NCBI GenBank assembly: GCA_951406725.2 | Contig: OX597815.1 | Coordinates: 141,174,001 to 141,238,000 of the forward strand | Source: Octopus vulgaris | Lineage: Eukaryota | DNA: 64,000 bases | Direction of reading: 5' to 3' | Part shown: in pieces, positions 42,859-57,100 of the stretch | Layout: the number at the start of each line of letters is the position of its first letter | Numbering within the stretch: position 1 is the first letter of the stretch | Program-made: the position numbers and the translations under genes | Notes under the pieces: model-generated | Database searches by the model: none | The model's input: only the letters and a program-made list of their open reading frames with translations | Told to the model about the DNA's origin: nothing

Positions 42859-45531
42859 TTTAGTAAGCGTTTGTAGACATTGATGTATGTCGTTCAATGA
42901 TATATCTTTGTTATTATTCATATTCATAAATTTTGTATGGGACAAATATAAGTAACCATAGCTTTCTCTTGAATAGCTATAAGTAACAAATGTAAGTAAC
43001 CCTCGCTTTTCATTAATAAAAAGAAATGGTAATACGCGCCGTTATAGTTGTGTGATTAAGACATTTCTTGTTCAGTTTAGTGCCTAAAAGTTTAAGCAAG
43101 TAACTACAACTAAAGGCCTAGATCGACCATTTCCTTGTGAATGAATATGGTAGGCAGAAACTATGCAAGCCTGTAGTATATATGCATATGTGTTTGGTGT
43201 GGCGGTATGTGTATGTCTGGGACCTTGTGTTTCTGGTTATAGTGCTTGGAAATAGGTGTTGGTCTGTCTATGTATCCTTCGGCAAAATCTGACTTTCAAT
43301 AGAATTTCAGGTTGCTGGTCTATTTTTGCAGTTAAAATCGTCAAGACTTGGCCCCATTAAAATGACCAAAAACAAAAGAAGTAACCTGTAAATATGATAC
43401 TGAATATATGGGGGTATTTAATACTATTCTTGCGTTTATATTGCTTCTTCAAATGCAACATATTGAAATGCATCTCACTTCAAATTTCAGAAATGTCATT
43501 CTCGGTTCTCTCGAATTGTAGCATAAGATGCGATGTTCTATAACATGTAGCTACAAAACCTAGAGGAGTAAACATCTATGAGCTTCACTGTGAATTATGT
43601 CAACAGTGCCTTCCATTAATATCTAAATATTTCTTCTGCTTTTATTCTTTATATCTGTCTATTTTCTTTATCAGTCTCAAACCCCGGTAAAAATCAAGAA
43701 TGGTATTCTGTTATTACTAATATTATTCAATCGTTTTGTTTTCACGCTGTACTGAGTCTGACTTTTATTCATTAAATTACCATCAAACATTTTTTCACCC
43801 AATACTTTCTATAAAATAATTTTTTTACCTCACTATTTGAATGAACTTGAGCATCTCTGTTTACCACAAAATGGAATACAATAAATACTATGACGATTAC
43901 CACTATCTATAACTCATGAAATAATATGTATTTTAGTAAAGGGAATGTTATAAAGCAGTATGTTCTTGCTTGATATGGCCGTGTTTTAAGCATAAATATT
44001 ATAGAACACAAATATTTCCAAAAAGAAAAAAATATCTAAGTGTGTGGACCTTAGATTCTACAAAAGCGTAGAAGCTGTTATCTTGAAGAATTTTTCAATC
44101 GATTGATTCGAAGAAAATAAGAAGAAAATAGCAGATATATGTATAAAATGGAATTACTCCTGTAACATGTTGAGACAGTAACGACAGATAATTGAGGAAC
44201 TAGGAGAAATGAAGGGAAAAAGCATTACAAACGTAGAAAATGACAATGCAACAACTAATTCTTCGATATGAAATATTGGAATAGATTCAATAAAGGCATG
44301 AAATACCAAGTAAAGCACTACAAAGAAAGTATTGAACAGTTAGGAACAGCTCGTTCGAAGAATCGATATCAATTGAAAAAACAAAATGAATAAAACAGCT
44401 CACCTAATACAATGGAACTAAAAGAAAACAAAATAGCAATGTAAGAGACCAATGTAAAAAGAAAAAAAACTTATACAAAAGAGGGAAAGCGAACGTTTTA
44501 GAAACTTTTGGAAACCATTAGAAATCTATATTGTGATCAGTGAACTCGCAAAGAAATAAAGAAAGTGGAGATAAAATGAGAAATGCTGATAATGTATTAG
44601 AGAATGTAAAGTGAAACAAAATATGGTGCTTGATAATCGGAGAGTGGTTGTAAAATATTCTGTAATCTGGTTTCACATAAAGATGATTGGTACCACCAAA
44701 GTATTAAGGAAAATCTTTAGCTTATTGTAATCTATAGCGCATCACATACAGAAACGTGTATACTCACATACACACACGCAAAAGCACCCACACACATATG
44801 TGATAGCAATCCACATAAATTTAAAATAAGTAAAATATACTTCATTATCCAAGTATATGGATGTATGAAATATATGAAAATGTATGCACCACTTCACGCG
44901 TTTGCGACACAAGCACATCTATAGAAAACTAGTAAATACACCTCTACATGTACGCATACACTAATATCCATTTATTGAAGCGTTTACACGCATGTACATA
45001 TGTATGCGTAAACGATATAATATACATTTATATTCTTTTGAACTTACTGTGTATGATACTCAGTAAAAGAGCAACAAAAAATATACTGTTGAAATAAATC
45101 ATTTATCTACTGGCGCTTAAAGTTATCTGAACTGAAGAAATGGAGCCAACCAGTGAAAGAACCATTACTGATGAAAGATATTGATTTGTATTCAATAGCT
45201 AGAAAAAATACGGTATATCCACATCTATAATCGAGGGAGGGTGCCATTACATGCACGACAATGACGACAAATGGGTAAGGATATGTAGATAAGCTACAGA
45301 CATGGCGGAAATGAACTGGCAGTTAGATATACATTTTTTCTCCCAAGTGAATTAAATATTAGAATAAAAGAAAAATTCCATATCTGTTTAATATAATTTT
45401 CTTACAGATCATTTCATGTAAGAATCTCATATGACAAAAGTACATTAATTATATGTTTGTATGTCAGTATACTTACATATATACATGTATGTATATATAT
45501 ATATACATATGTTTGTATGCATTTATAAATG

Positions 45532-45565
<34 letters not shown>

Positions 45566-46304
45566 AACACACCTATGTATATATACAATATCTTTGTATG
45601 TTGTAAAACTATGCCAATAACATTTAAAAAATACAAAAAGGGCACGAACTCTTTTCGCAATTTAGATAGCCATTTAAAGAATAAGCCTGTGAACATGAAA
45701 ATTTAAACTGACTTGAATGAATACGTAATATAAACTATTGGCCTTATTTTTTAACGGGTATATGTAGTTTTTGTTATCTGATAAAATAAGATAAAACATG
45801 AAGTAACATAAGGAATCAATGAAACTACAATAATCGATATTTTAACAAATATCTGTGGGGATATAAAGCAAAAGTCGTGTAACGATGCTTTTTCGAAGTC
45901 GTATAGGAAATATTACGAAGCATTTTCATAGAAAATGAATGCTATCAGTATGTCTTTGGCATTGAAATACTAGAACATTGATTGAAAAATCTATTACTGT
46001 GTGAAGAATGTAGATATGTACATCCGAAAATAAAATAATGCATATAAAATGCATTGTTATGGAAAAATACATATATGAAATATGGTTTATCTGACTAACA
46101 CAGAGAAATACAACAGTATAGTAGTTTGAAGCCGAATAAATAACGGTTATAAATGACGTGTATATGAATCTTTCAATTCCCATTGTCAAACGAACATTAC
46201 CTTCAAAGAAGAATACATTTCATGTAGTACACACACACGCACACTTACACAAAATCACAAAAACACACACAAGCACACACACATACACACACATACACAT
46301 ACGA

Positions 46305-46500
46305 ACGTTCAGTGGTTAGGGCGTCGGGTGTACAATCCCCATGTTTTGAGTTCGAATCCTCCACCAGGAGGTGTGTTCTTGAGCAAAATACTTTATTTCA
46401 CATTGCTACAGTTCACTCAGCTGTAGAAATAAGTTACAACGTCACTGCATCAGCCTTTGTCTTTCCCTTTAACAAATCTGGTGACAAGGAGAAGGGAAAC
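46305..46500 (+). mobile_element. Degenerate tRNA-derived SINE
   Basis: cagtggttagggcgtcgg...gagttcgaatcc A/B boxes; related fragment at ~33330-33455. Confidence 0.6.
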
Positions 46501-46753
46501 ATGGTATGCATATATATATATATACAAAATAAGAAAATGGAGAATACATCCAAATCAAATATCAACTACCAGATAATACCCAATCACATACTTTATTAAA
46601 CCACTACATAAGAAAATTTAAGGTCAAACATAATAATATAGAACAAAACAGGGTGCATAAAGGTGTGTACATAAAGGAGTAATATGATACAATAAGTACA
46701 ATATGTATAAGAGAATATAAATATAAATAAATATAGATATAAATATAAACTAC

Positions 46754-46880
46754 CTCTTACAGCTGTTTCGGCCATGCAGATAAGTATGTCTCATTTCACT
46801 AATAGTAGCCATGTGTGGTAGGTCAATATGTTGTTATAAATGAGACATTTACAAAAATATCCTAAGGCCTCTTCGGATAG
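46754..46880 (-). ncRNA. Hammerhead-like motif with ~90 nt stem II insertion and one core mismatch
   Basis: rc CTAT-CCGAAGA-GGCC...(atgtctcattt/aaatgagacat)...GGCC-GAAAC-AGCT-GTA-AGAG. Confidence 0.55.
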
Positions 46881-47284
46881 TATGACTCATATAAGTGTGG
46901 GTACATACCCATAATAAATCATATACATATGAGTGCATATACTCATACTCCTATACATATACATAATAATATAAATAATATATATCAATAAACATACATA
47001 TGTTCCATACTCAATGTTACAGTTTTTCAACTTAATATTATGATATAACAATGTAGAAAACATACACATATTAATACCCAAATGCAGATATACAGAGTCA
47101 AGAGTACATTATATTAATTCATATTAATTTATAAAATGTCATTGTTGTTAACATCATTACTATTATCATTAACACTAATGCTACCAATATCATTATTCTT
47201 ATTATTAATAACACCAATACGAGCAAAACAATATATAGATCACATTATTAGCAATATAATAGCAAAACCAAGGACCACTATAGT

Positions 47285-47361
<77 letters not shown>

Positions 47362-48271
47362 GTAGTAACAGAAAAGAGGAATTCCGATTATCCCCAGGTG
47401 ATGAGTTGTAATGTATATAAGAAATTAAAAAAGGAAAATACGCACACTTACATAGTTTTAATATAATTTTTAATATATCGACCGGTTTCGCTATCGCTAT
47501 TCATGATATGTTTTAATTATTTGAATATATATTTTTCTTAAGAAGAAATTTTGTCCATGTTGTGTGTGATGAAATTCACAAGTGAATGACTTCACAAATA
47601 GATAAATAAAGAGAGGTAATTGGCTGTCGTTATTATTGTTATTGTTATGGGTAAGAGAGATAACTGTTCAGCTTTCGGTAATGGGAGGGAAATATATATT
47701 TGTACAGAGAGCGACAAGTTTCAAAACCCTTGTTTAATGAGGGGATTTATTTAAACGTTCCAGTTGAGAGATTGTGTCTATGCACTGGTAGAAAGGGAAG
47801 ACTGTGAAATTTGGTTCGATGTTATCTGCACATTTTTCTATATGTTCATTGAGAGGAATTTGTCTATATTGCAGGAAACGGATTTGCTCTTTATGTAGAG
47901 TAGTTCTCTTTCTCAAGGTCATACACGTTGTATATCTGCACTAGTACAGTGCTATATAAAAAAAATATTTTAGTCCCCCAAAATTCATATTCAACAAGCT
48001 AATCAAATGTTACTCTCTATTCTATAAGATATCTAAAATAAGGCTTCTGAAACCAGAACAAGCTAGGAGATTCCATTACTCCGGAGAGTGTTAAACATTT
48101 CATCACACCCACTTACAACTAAAGAATGAGCATTCTGTGCGAGTGAGAAATATGAAAATTCACAAGTTCCGTATTCAGCCTTTCAGATAAAAGGAAAGCA
48201 GCTGCACTTGAAGTTTGAAATTGGAAGTGATGGAACTTGTTTGGTTTCTTCATTGAAATGTTAGGAGGAAC
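46821..48271. repeat. Direct duplication, copy 2 (longer); includes PLE 3' end and hammerhead-like motif at 47475-47509
   Basis: Has ~46904-47062, ~47238-47277 and ~47968-48187, which are absent from copy 1. Confidence 0.9.
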
Positions 48272-49578
48272 GTAAAAGTTACTTGCACTTGCTGGAATGT
48301 GTATCTTTTGTTGTTAATTACAGACTTTTTCAAACTGTAAAGTATTTTGTCTCCAAATCTTGGATACATATCTTATACAAATATTTGTGTACATGCGTGT
48401 GTGGTGGTGTTTGTTTATATGCGTATGAGTTTGTATGCGTGAAAACGAGTATACTTGTGTGTGAGTGTGTGAATATGGGCCACTGTAAAGCGTTTTAATT
48501 TGTCTAATCGTAGCATTTCTTCACTGAAATTCTTGTACAAATAATTGCATATTATTTAGAGGTAACATTTTTTTTAGCAATCTAAACAAGAGATATTTAT
48601 CGTGAGAAATTATACAGAGGCTTTTTTTGATAAATCTTGAGTGATAATATTAAACATCACGAAGATACCAATTTCAAAAAGCGTTGATCATTTGAAATAT
48701 CTTTAAAGACTTGAAAGTAGAGTTTACAGAAGTACACATTCATGTACACATTCATGTATTTACATACACTTGCATACATCTCCAACCACTCACATATTTA
48801 CGTATAACACACATAAAGATATACACATGCACAAAAGTATGTGAGTTTTTCTATGTATGAATGAATCACAATTTATACTGTAAATGGACAACAAACTTTA
48901 GAAATAACTACACCTTCGTTTAAATTGAAAATGAGCTTTAAGTGTAATTAGTTTCATTAGATATGAACCATCAAATTTAAGAATAAGTGCCCTATGTTCT
49001 ATAAAATTGGAAACTCAGTCTATGGTTCATGTAGATGCATTGCTTGTTTTCTTGTTAAAAATGTATTATGCGATGTAAAAGAGGTCAAAGGTCATTGCAA
49101 GTAGACAAAATGTCATAAAACTGTTGGCTTAAATAATCTAAATTCGTTTCGAAATATTGTATATACATTATATTCATTAATCTTCTTTTTCCCAAATGAA
49201 ATATTTCTCTGAATACTAATTAAGGAATAGCATCCCCGCTCGGTAAATTGCAAAATCTCACACAAGTGTTTGAAATAACTGAAAATATAGAGTAACTTTT
49301 ATAAGCTAAACGCTACTGATTTTCTTAAATCAAATTTGCATTTGATTAATATATTCCGAACTGATTATTTTGCAGTAAAATTTCCGATGCGAAAGAAATA
49401 TACCATATAAGCATCTTGTTTCTAAGGTTAAAATTTAAGTTTTAATAAAAATAGAAGGTAAAATATATTTCTTCTCTAACTATGACAAGTGCCCAATGAG
49501 AATTTAAATATTCAACAGATATCGATGTCAAAATTCTCATTCAAATTTAATCATAAAGGAAGAAATCTACTAATACAC

Positions 49579-49776
<198 letters not shown>

Positions 49777-50528
49777 ATGTCTGTCTATGTACATATATAT
49801 TTATTTCAGATATGCCTGCGAAACGATTTCCATTGTTTGATTTCCATACAATTTGTTGATTTGTCACGCATAAAATGGGTGTTTTCTTTTGATCTGCAAC
49901 GTTTTTTAAGTGTCGGAAGTTTGTACGAAAAATTTGTAGTTAACTATTAATTCTTATCAAGAAACGTCTTCATATTTCTACTGAACCATCAATAGAAATC
50001 CTAAAATTTATGCAATTTACATGTCTAGAACTTAGTAAAAACACAGAGTACCTACGTAAAATATTACATTATTTAAATTCTATTTAATACCTATATTTAT
50101 TAATACCCTGTTTAAAGAATCATATAGCCCTCATATCCCTAAAATAGATGGAAATATACGACTATATACGTTATATTCCACAGAATTCAACACAGCTTCA
50201 GTCGATCATATTTTCTGCACAAGGCTTGGATGGAACTGAGTCTTTGACGACTTGGTATCACTTCCCAAAACGAAAAGGCGCAACGTGTATATCCTTACTA
50301 CACAGGTGTTCCTGCATACCTTTGACAAATATTATGGTATAGCATCATAATTTTTGAGTTAGCAGACTGCAAAATATATAATGGAAAGATTATAGACACA
50401 TGTGACGCACTTATCATGAAGGACAGTTATGCTATATATAAAAATAAGACAGTCTAGTACAACAAGCAGCGTTGTAATTGCATCGACATTTTCTATTCTT
50501 GTCATTCGCTTCCCCGAATACATATATA

Positions 50529-50576
<48 letters not shown>

Positions 50577-50592
50577 CGTTATATATATATAT

Positions 50593-51152
50593 ATTACGTT
50601 ATATAATTAGGGTTCAGTAAAATAATTTACTTTACCACACACCGAACTTTTAGAAATAGCATCAAAACTTTTTTAACTATTTCCTCTACAATAAGAAAAG
50701 TCTCCCAGACAATGTATACTCAAAAATAATTCACGCAAGTATAGAGGGAAAAATAACGAAAGATCACACGTACATCGATTACCTGAGAACGCCGTGCTTT
50801 CGTACTTTTTGAATTCGTTAGTACTGGCGGTCGAAGATGGTTTGTCTAGGATTACTCATATCAGACGGGTATGCTCGATTTTTAGCGCTCTCAAATTTAA
50901 ACCTAAAGAAATATTGTGCTGATGACGGAAATGTTGATCTCTATATCCAAGTAATCCACAAACGGTGTTCTCAAGTAATCGATGTACGTTATTTTTCCCT
51001 CTATACCTGCGTGAATTATTTTTGAGTATACATTGTCTGGGAGACTTTTCTTATAGTAGAGGAAATAGCTAAAATGTTTTGGCTGCTATTTCTAAACGTT
51101 CGGTGCGTGGTAAAGTAAATCATTTTACTGAACCCTAATTATATAACGTAAT
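50593..51152. repeat. Fold-back element, arms 50593-50795 / 50962-51152, between (TA)n tracts
   Basis: attacgttatataattagggttcagtaaaat / attttactgaaccctaattatataacgtaat; a CTGATGA lies in the spacer at 50919. Confidence 0.9.
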
Positions 51153-51246
51153 GTTTTAAATATACCGTAAATGGTCTTTTTACATACCGAACACTACTTG
51201 GAAAAATTATTAATTAATAATTAATTAATCTTAACCTTTTATTATT

Positions 51247-51338
<92 letters not shown>

Positions 51339-51350
51339 ATGAACAAGCGC

Positions 51351-51398
<48 letters not shown>

Positions 51399-52396
51399 AT
51401 GATTGATTCAGTATTAGTTATTCGTAGACACCTGGTAAAGGGAACGTTACATAACGCACATTCTCAAAACTCTAAATTCATATCAGCTCAAAACGAAAAG
51501 CTATCTACCTTGATTTCCAGTAAAACCTAAAGAAAAGCACCCATGCAAACTAGATAAAATTCAATCTTAAGTAGTACGAAATTCTGTATTATAGGATATG
51601 CAAATGATTTCACCATACATCGTCATATAGAAGAACCTTCTGTTGTGTGACAACTTTAACGATTTACGATCATTTTGCTATTAGTTTTCAGCTCTGAAGA
51701 TTCATATCAATAAAATCAATAATATCCCTGATAAAACGGCTTTCAAAAATTTATTGAAAATATTAATCGAGAAATAGAGTGGCAAAAATCTTACTGTTTA
51801 TTGCATTTACCAGAGTGCATATATATAATAAACTCTTCCAGTTGACCACCTACAAAACTGTGAAAAACGCAACTACTCTGATTTACAAATAGTAAAACTA
51901 GTTCTCGTGTGCTCCTATGTAAATACCCATCGAATACATGTATAGCATGTAATATTTCTCTAATGCGAAAAGAGTATTTATTAATATCTAATATTATGTA
52001 AATAAAATATGTGCAGAATTACAAAAAGCATTTTCACTTATATTAACATCCATTTTATTTCCCTTAAATCTGCATCTTGTATGGGAAAAGCATTATCGAC
52101 AACCACCTGGACGAAATATTTGCACCATTATTCTTGCGGTAGCAAAAGAAATTCAGAGAGAATAATTTACACAAGTGGGATGACATCAATATAAAGAATT
52201 TTAACACGTTTTCAATACTACCGGAGAATTTTTATGAAAAGAAATACTTTTTCCTACAAGTGTTGCATAGTATCTAGTCAAAAGGAAACATAATCAATAC
52301 ATTTATAAATTACAAATACTAATGTTTCTAACTGCAATGTAGATTTTCTAGGCTCAAGGTCATTATAAAAATAATTTAAACGAAAAGAAACATATC

Positions 52397-52405
52397 GTTA
52401 TCATT

Positions 52406-52467
<62 letters not shown>

Positions 52468-52499
52468 AATCATCATCCTCCTCCTCCTCCTCCTCCTCC

Positions 52500-52576
<77 letters not shown>

Positions 52577-52650
52577 GTCGTCGTCGTCGTCGTCGTCGTC
52601 ATCATCATCATCAACATTATTATTAATATTAATATTATTACTATTATTTA
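52397..52650. repeat. Compound (ATC)n(CTC)n(ATC)n(GTC)n microsatellite
   Basis: Seen directly. Confidence 0.95.
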
Positions 52651-53127
52651 CTTTTAATTTGCATGTTTGTTACAATACCTAACTGAGACACACCCAGCAC
52701 CCTAGGGCAAGTGATGTTACAGTATGGCTTAAAGCTTGGGGAGAGAAAGTGGTAAGAGCAGTAACGATATATCTTCGTGTAATACAGCATATTCATTTAA
52801 ATTAATAAGATTTATCTAAGGATGCTGCCAACACATGTCGGCACAATCTTTTGTATTTCTCTAAGACATGGTTCTCCAGCGATAATATCTAGATGCTTGT
52901 GACTTCCCATTCTTACATACCACAATAACAGAAACAATTCTCACCTCTCATATTGATTTTTCTTCATTTGAAACTGTAAGGTCAATTATATGGCAATTTC
53001 TATTCTCTTCATCTACAACTACTAACTCAGGCCTTCCAGCTTCTATTACTCAGTCAGTCTGAATGCTAAAGTCCTATATCTTGTATTTCTTACTTTCTTG
53101 TATTTTACATATACACACCACTTGTTA

Positions 53128-53190
<63 letters not shown>

Positions 53191-53281
53191 ACTGAGGGTT
53201 TCGAATGTCCTGTCCGTGTTTATTGTATCGTCTTCTAAGAGTTATACGTTCTTGTCCATGTTGTATTTTTCTACATACCTT

Positions 53282-53350
<69 letters not shown>

Positions 53351-53356
<6 letters not shown>

Positions 53357-53722
53357 AATTTTTTGCGTAATGAGATAAAAAAGAACGAGGGTTGTGTAGA
53401 TATTAGAGCAGTTATAGATAGAAGGTCTTACAGCTGCTTCCTGGATATTTATTAATTATATCCCTTCATTGGAGACGGCGTGAGAGGATGGTTAAGTAAT
53501 ATTTAATTTAGATAAGATACAAAATAGAGAGTGAGGTGGAGGACTATCTATTTTGTATCCTATCTAAATTAGCCATTATTTAACCATCCTCTCACACCGT
53601 CTCCACTGAAGGGATATAATTAACAAATATCCTGGAAACAGCTGTAAGACATTTCATCTATAAATGTTCTAATATTTACACAGCCTTGGTTTTTTAATCT
53701 CATTGCGCAAAAATTCTTATAT
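53351..53722. repeat. Fold-back element (arms ~53351-53532 / 53543-53722) with hammerhead-like motif at 53599-53650(+) and its mirror
   Basis: tataagaattttttgcg / cgcaaaaattcttata; GTCT-cca-CTGAAGG-GATAT..ATATC-ctg-GAAAC-AGCT-GTA-AGAC. Confidence 0.85.
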
Positions 53723-53869
53723 ACACACGCTGACATATGAACAACTTTGAACCCCTTATTCGCAAAATTACCGAACCTGGAACTTAACTATGGTCTGTCT
53801 ATAGCACTTATACAGCATTACCTGACACATATGGGCCTCAACGACACCATTACCTCACAAGAAAGAGTG

Positions 53870-54022
53870 AGAGAATGTTGCGGCGAAAGAGTATAGCAAG
53901 TATCGCCACCGTCCCCTGCTGGAGCCTCGTGGAGATTTATGTGATTTCGCTCAATAAACACCCACCACGCTTGGTCTGGGAATCGAAACATCGAACTTAT
54001 GACCGCGAGTTGCCCTAATCAT
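53870..54022 (-). mobile_element. SINE fragment
   Basis: Minus-strand B-box-like gtttcgattccc followed by gtgtttattgagcgaaa. Confidence 0.5.
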
Positions 54023-54121
54023 TTCGGCAGCTCGTTGTCAACACGTGCATGGTTTTTACATTCGTTGCGCTTTCCTACCTATTCGCTGCCGTATCCTGGG
54101 GAATTTGCTGTGGTATTCCTA

Positions 54122-54163
<42 letters not shown>

Positions 54164-54170
54164 TTTATTA
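54122..54170. repeat. (TTA)n tract at the 3' end of Dong-like element A
   Basis: Seen directly. Confidence 0.95.
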
Positions 54171-57100
54171 GCGTGCTTTCACTTCACTACCGAGCGCAGC
54201 ACTGTGTGCCTTGGGTATGTGCTGTGATATGTTGTGATGCTCTGGTGGTTATTGTATGGAAAGTGTTCTGCGTAGGATGTGTGCAGTGCCTAGTAGTGCA
54301 ATTTTCAGTATGTTATATGTGCGTTTGTAAGTCCTGGTGTTTTTGTTATGTATTTGTCTGAATATTTTTTATCATGCCTAATGCACCTACTATGATAGGA
54401 ATTGTTTCTGTTTTCAGATTCCACATTCTAGTTACCTCTATTTTCAGGTCTTTGTATTTTGAGAGTTTCCCCATTTCTTTTAGAGACACGTTGTCATCAG
54501 CCGGTATTGATACATCAATTAGAAAGCATTTTTTTCCTTCATGGTCTGTGACAACTATATCTGGTCTGTTGGCCTTAATTTCTCTATCTGTGTGTATCGG
54601 CATATCCCAGAGTATGGATGCTTTCTCGTTTTCTGTGACCTTTTCTGGTGTGTGCCTATACCATCTTTTTTCTGTTGTTATTCCATAATGTTGGCATAGC
54701 TTCCAATGTATGTAGGTTCCAACTCTGTCATGTCTGTGAATATATTTCTTCTTAGCCAGGACTGGGCAGCTAGAGTTAATATGATTTATTGTTTCTTGTC
54801 CATCTCCACATATTCTGCAGTTACTTGTAATATTTCTTTTCATTACATGTTTTTGGTAATTTCTGGTGGGGAGGCTTTGGTCTTGTGCTGCAATTAAAAA
54901 TCTCTCTGTTTCTGCTTTGAGTCCTGAGCTTCTCAACCATTGCTGGGATTTTTCTTTGTCTATTTCTTTTGCGTTTAGTTTAGTCCAGTATTTACCATGA
55001 AGGGGCTTTTCTTGCCATCGTTTTATCATGATTCGTTGCTGTTCTATTTTTAGTTTGGATTTCATTTGTTTTATAGCTTTTGTTGTTTCTTCATCTTCTT
55101 CTTCTTCTTCATGTTTATTAGGTGGTATGATTTCTTGTTTGTATTTGTCGGCTTCCTTAAATACTGAGAACAGTTTTTTGTTTTGCTCGTGTTTTGCCGC
55201 TATCTGGATCAGTTTTCCTTCCTTCTGAAGTAGATATTTTTGCAGTCCTATGGTGGTTATTTTATAGTAGTTTTCCAGCTGTATAAGGCCTCTACCACCT
55301 TCTATACGTTGTATATATAGTCTTTCTATGTCAGATTTTGGTTGATGCATCCTAGATCCTGTCATTATTTTTCTTGTTTTCCTATCTATTTTGGTCAGTT
55401 CATTTAGTGTCCAGTTAAGGATATTGTAGCTGTAACTTATAACTGGGACAGCTAAAGGGTTGATACCTATTATCTTGTTTTTAGCATTGAGCTCTGTGTT
55501 TAGTATTGATCTAACTCGTCTATAATATTCTTTTTTTATTTTCTCTTTCATTTGTGTGTGTTGTGTCTTATCTAGTTCATGGATTCCTAAGTATTTGTAA
55601 GTTTGGCTTTGGTCTAATTCTTTTATTTCATTGGTTTTATCTAGTGTGATGTTGTTACTCTTAACTAGTTTTCCTCTTTTCATGGTTACTTTGGCGCATT
55701 TTTCTAATCCAAATTTCATATCTATTTCTTTGGTAAATCCATGAACTGTCTTTAATAGTGTTTCCAGCTGTTTGTCATTTGCAGCGTATAGTTTTAGGTC
55801 ATCCATATATAAAAGGTGGCTGATCGTTTTGCCGTAACATTTATATCCGCATCCAGTTCTATTTAGCATATGAGATAGAGGTGACAGTGCCAAGCAGAAA
55901 AGGAGTGGAGAGAGCGTGTCTCCCTGGAATATTCCTCTTCTAATGGGAATGTCTTTGGTTTTCATGAGTCCCTCTTTTGTTTGGAGGTGTAGGACTGTTT
56001 GCCATTTATTCATAGAGTGCTCTATGAATTTTATGATTGTTGGTGCTACTTTGTTAATGGCTAGTGTTTCGAGGATCCATGTGTGGGGGAAGCTATCAAA
56101 CGCCTTTTTGTAGTCAATCCAGGCCATACTGAGGCCTTTCTTCTTTCTGTGGCTGTCTTCAGTTATGGCTTTATTAATCATTAGTTGATCTTTACAGCCA
56201 TATGAGCCTTTGCGGCATCCTTTCTGCTCTTCTGGGAACAGTTTGTTTTCGTCCAGGTGCTTGTTCAGCCTTTGTGATATCACTGCAGTAAATGCCTTGA
56301 ACATAGTAGGGAGGCAGGTTATTGGTCTGTAGTTTTCTGGTTTTTCTGTTTCATTTGATTTGGGAATTAAGATGGTTTTCCCCTTCGTGAGCCATTCAGG
56401 CATTGTCTCTGGCTCTGCTAGTACGTTGTTAAAATTTTCAGCCAGCTTTTTGTGCATTCCTGTTAGATATTTCAACCAGAAGTTCGGGATCTTGTCATGC
56501 CCAGGTGCCTTCCAGTTGCTTAGTCTTTGCAGTGTCTGGGTGACCTCTTCAGTTGTTATGGGGGTCCAAAGTTGTTCAGATGCCGAGTTTGTTATTTTGA
56601 TACTACTTTTTTTTGGTGGTTCATTCGCCGACCATATTTCTCTCCAGAATTCTTCCAATTCTTCTGCCGTTGGTGCTGCAGTGACTTCTATTTTATTTTT
56701 GCCCAGTTCTTGGTAGAACTTTTTGGGGTTGGAGTTGAACATTTTGTTTTCTTCAAAGAAGCGTTGGCGTTTCTTGTACCGGCGGATCCTTTGTGCTTTG
56801 GCAAGGATATCTTGCTTCAGCTTTTCTTTTATTTCAGGCAAATCTTTCTCTGTGATGTTATATTTGCGGAGTATTTTTGTTCTCTTTTTGTTGCTCAGTA
56901 GCGTTGAATGTTTGCTGATTTCATTTAGAATCGACAGGTCTTTTCTTATTTTTTTTATTTTGCTTTGGATGTTATTTATCCACAGGGTTTGTTTGGGTGG
57001 TGGTACTCCTGTTTGGGCGGGTTTGGTTGAGTATCCAGCTTCTTTTGTGGCTGCAGTGGCTGCTGCGTATATTAGGTTATTTATCTCAGTGATATCACTT

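Noticed and set aside
43900-44720. Purine-rich plus-strand stretch resembling an old LINE ORF
   Set aside because: No diagnostic motif could be recovered by eye.
50915-50970. Hammerhead in the spacer of the 50.6-51.2 kb fold-back
   Set aside because: CTGATGA is present, but no convincing GAAA, stem III or stem I could be built.
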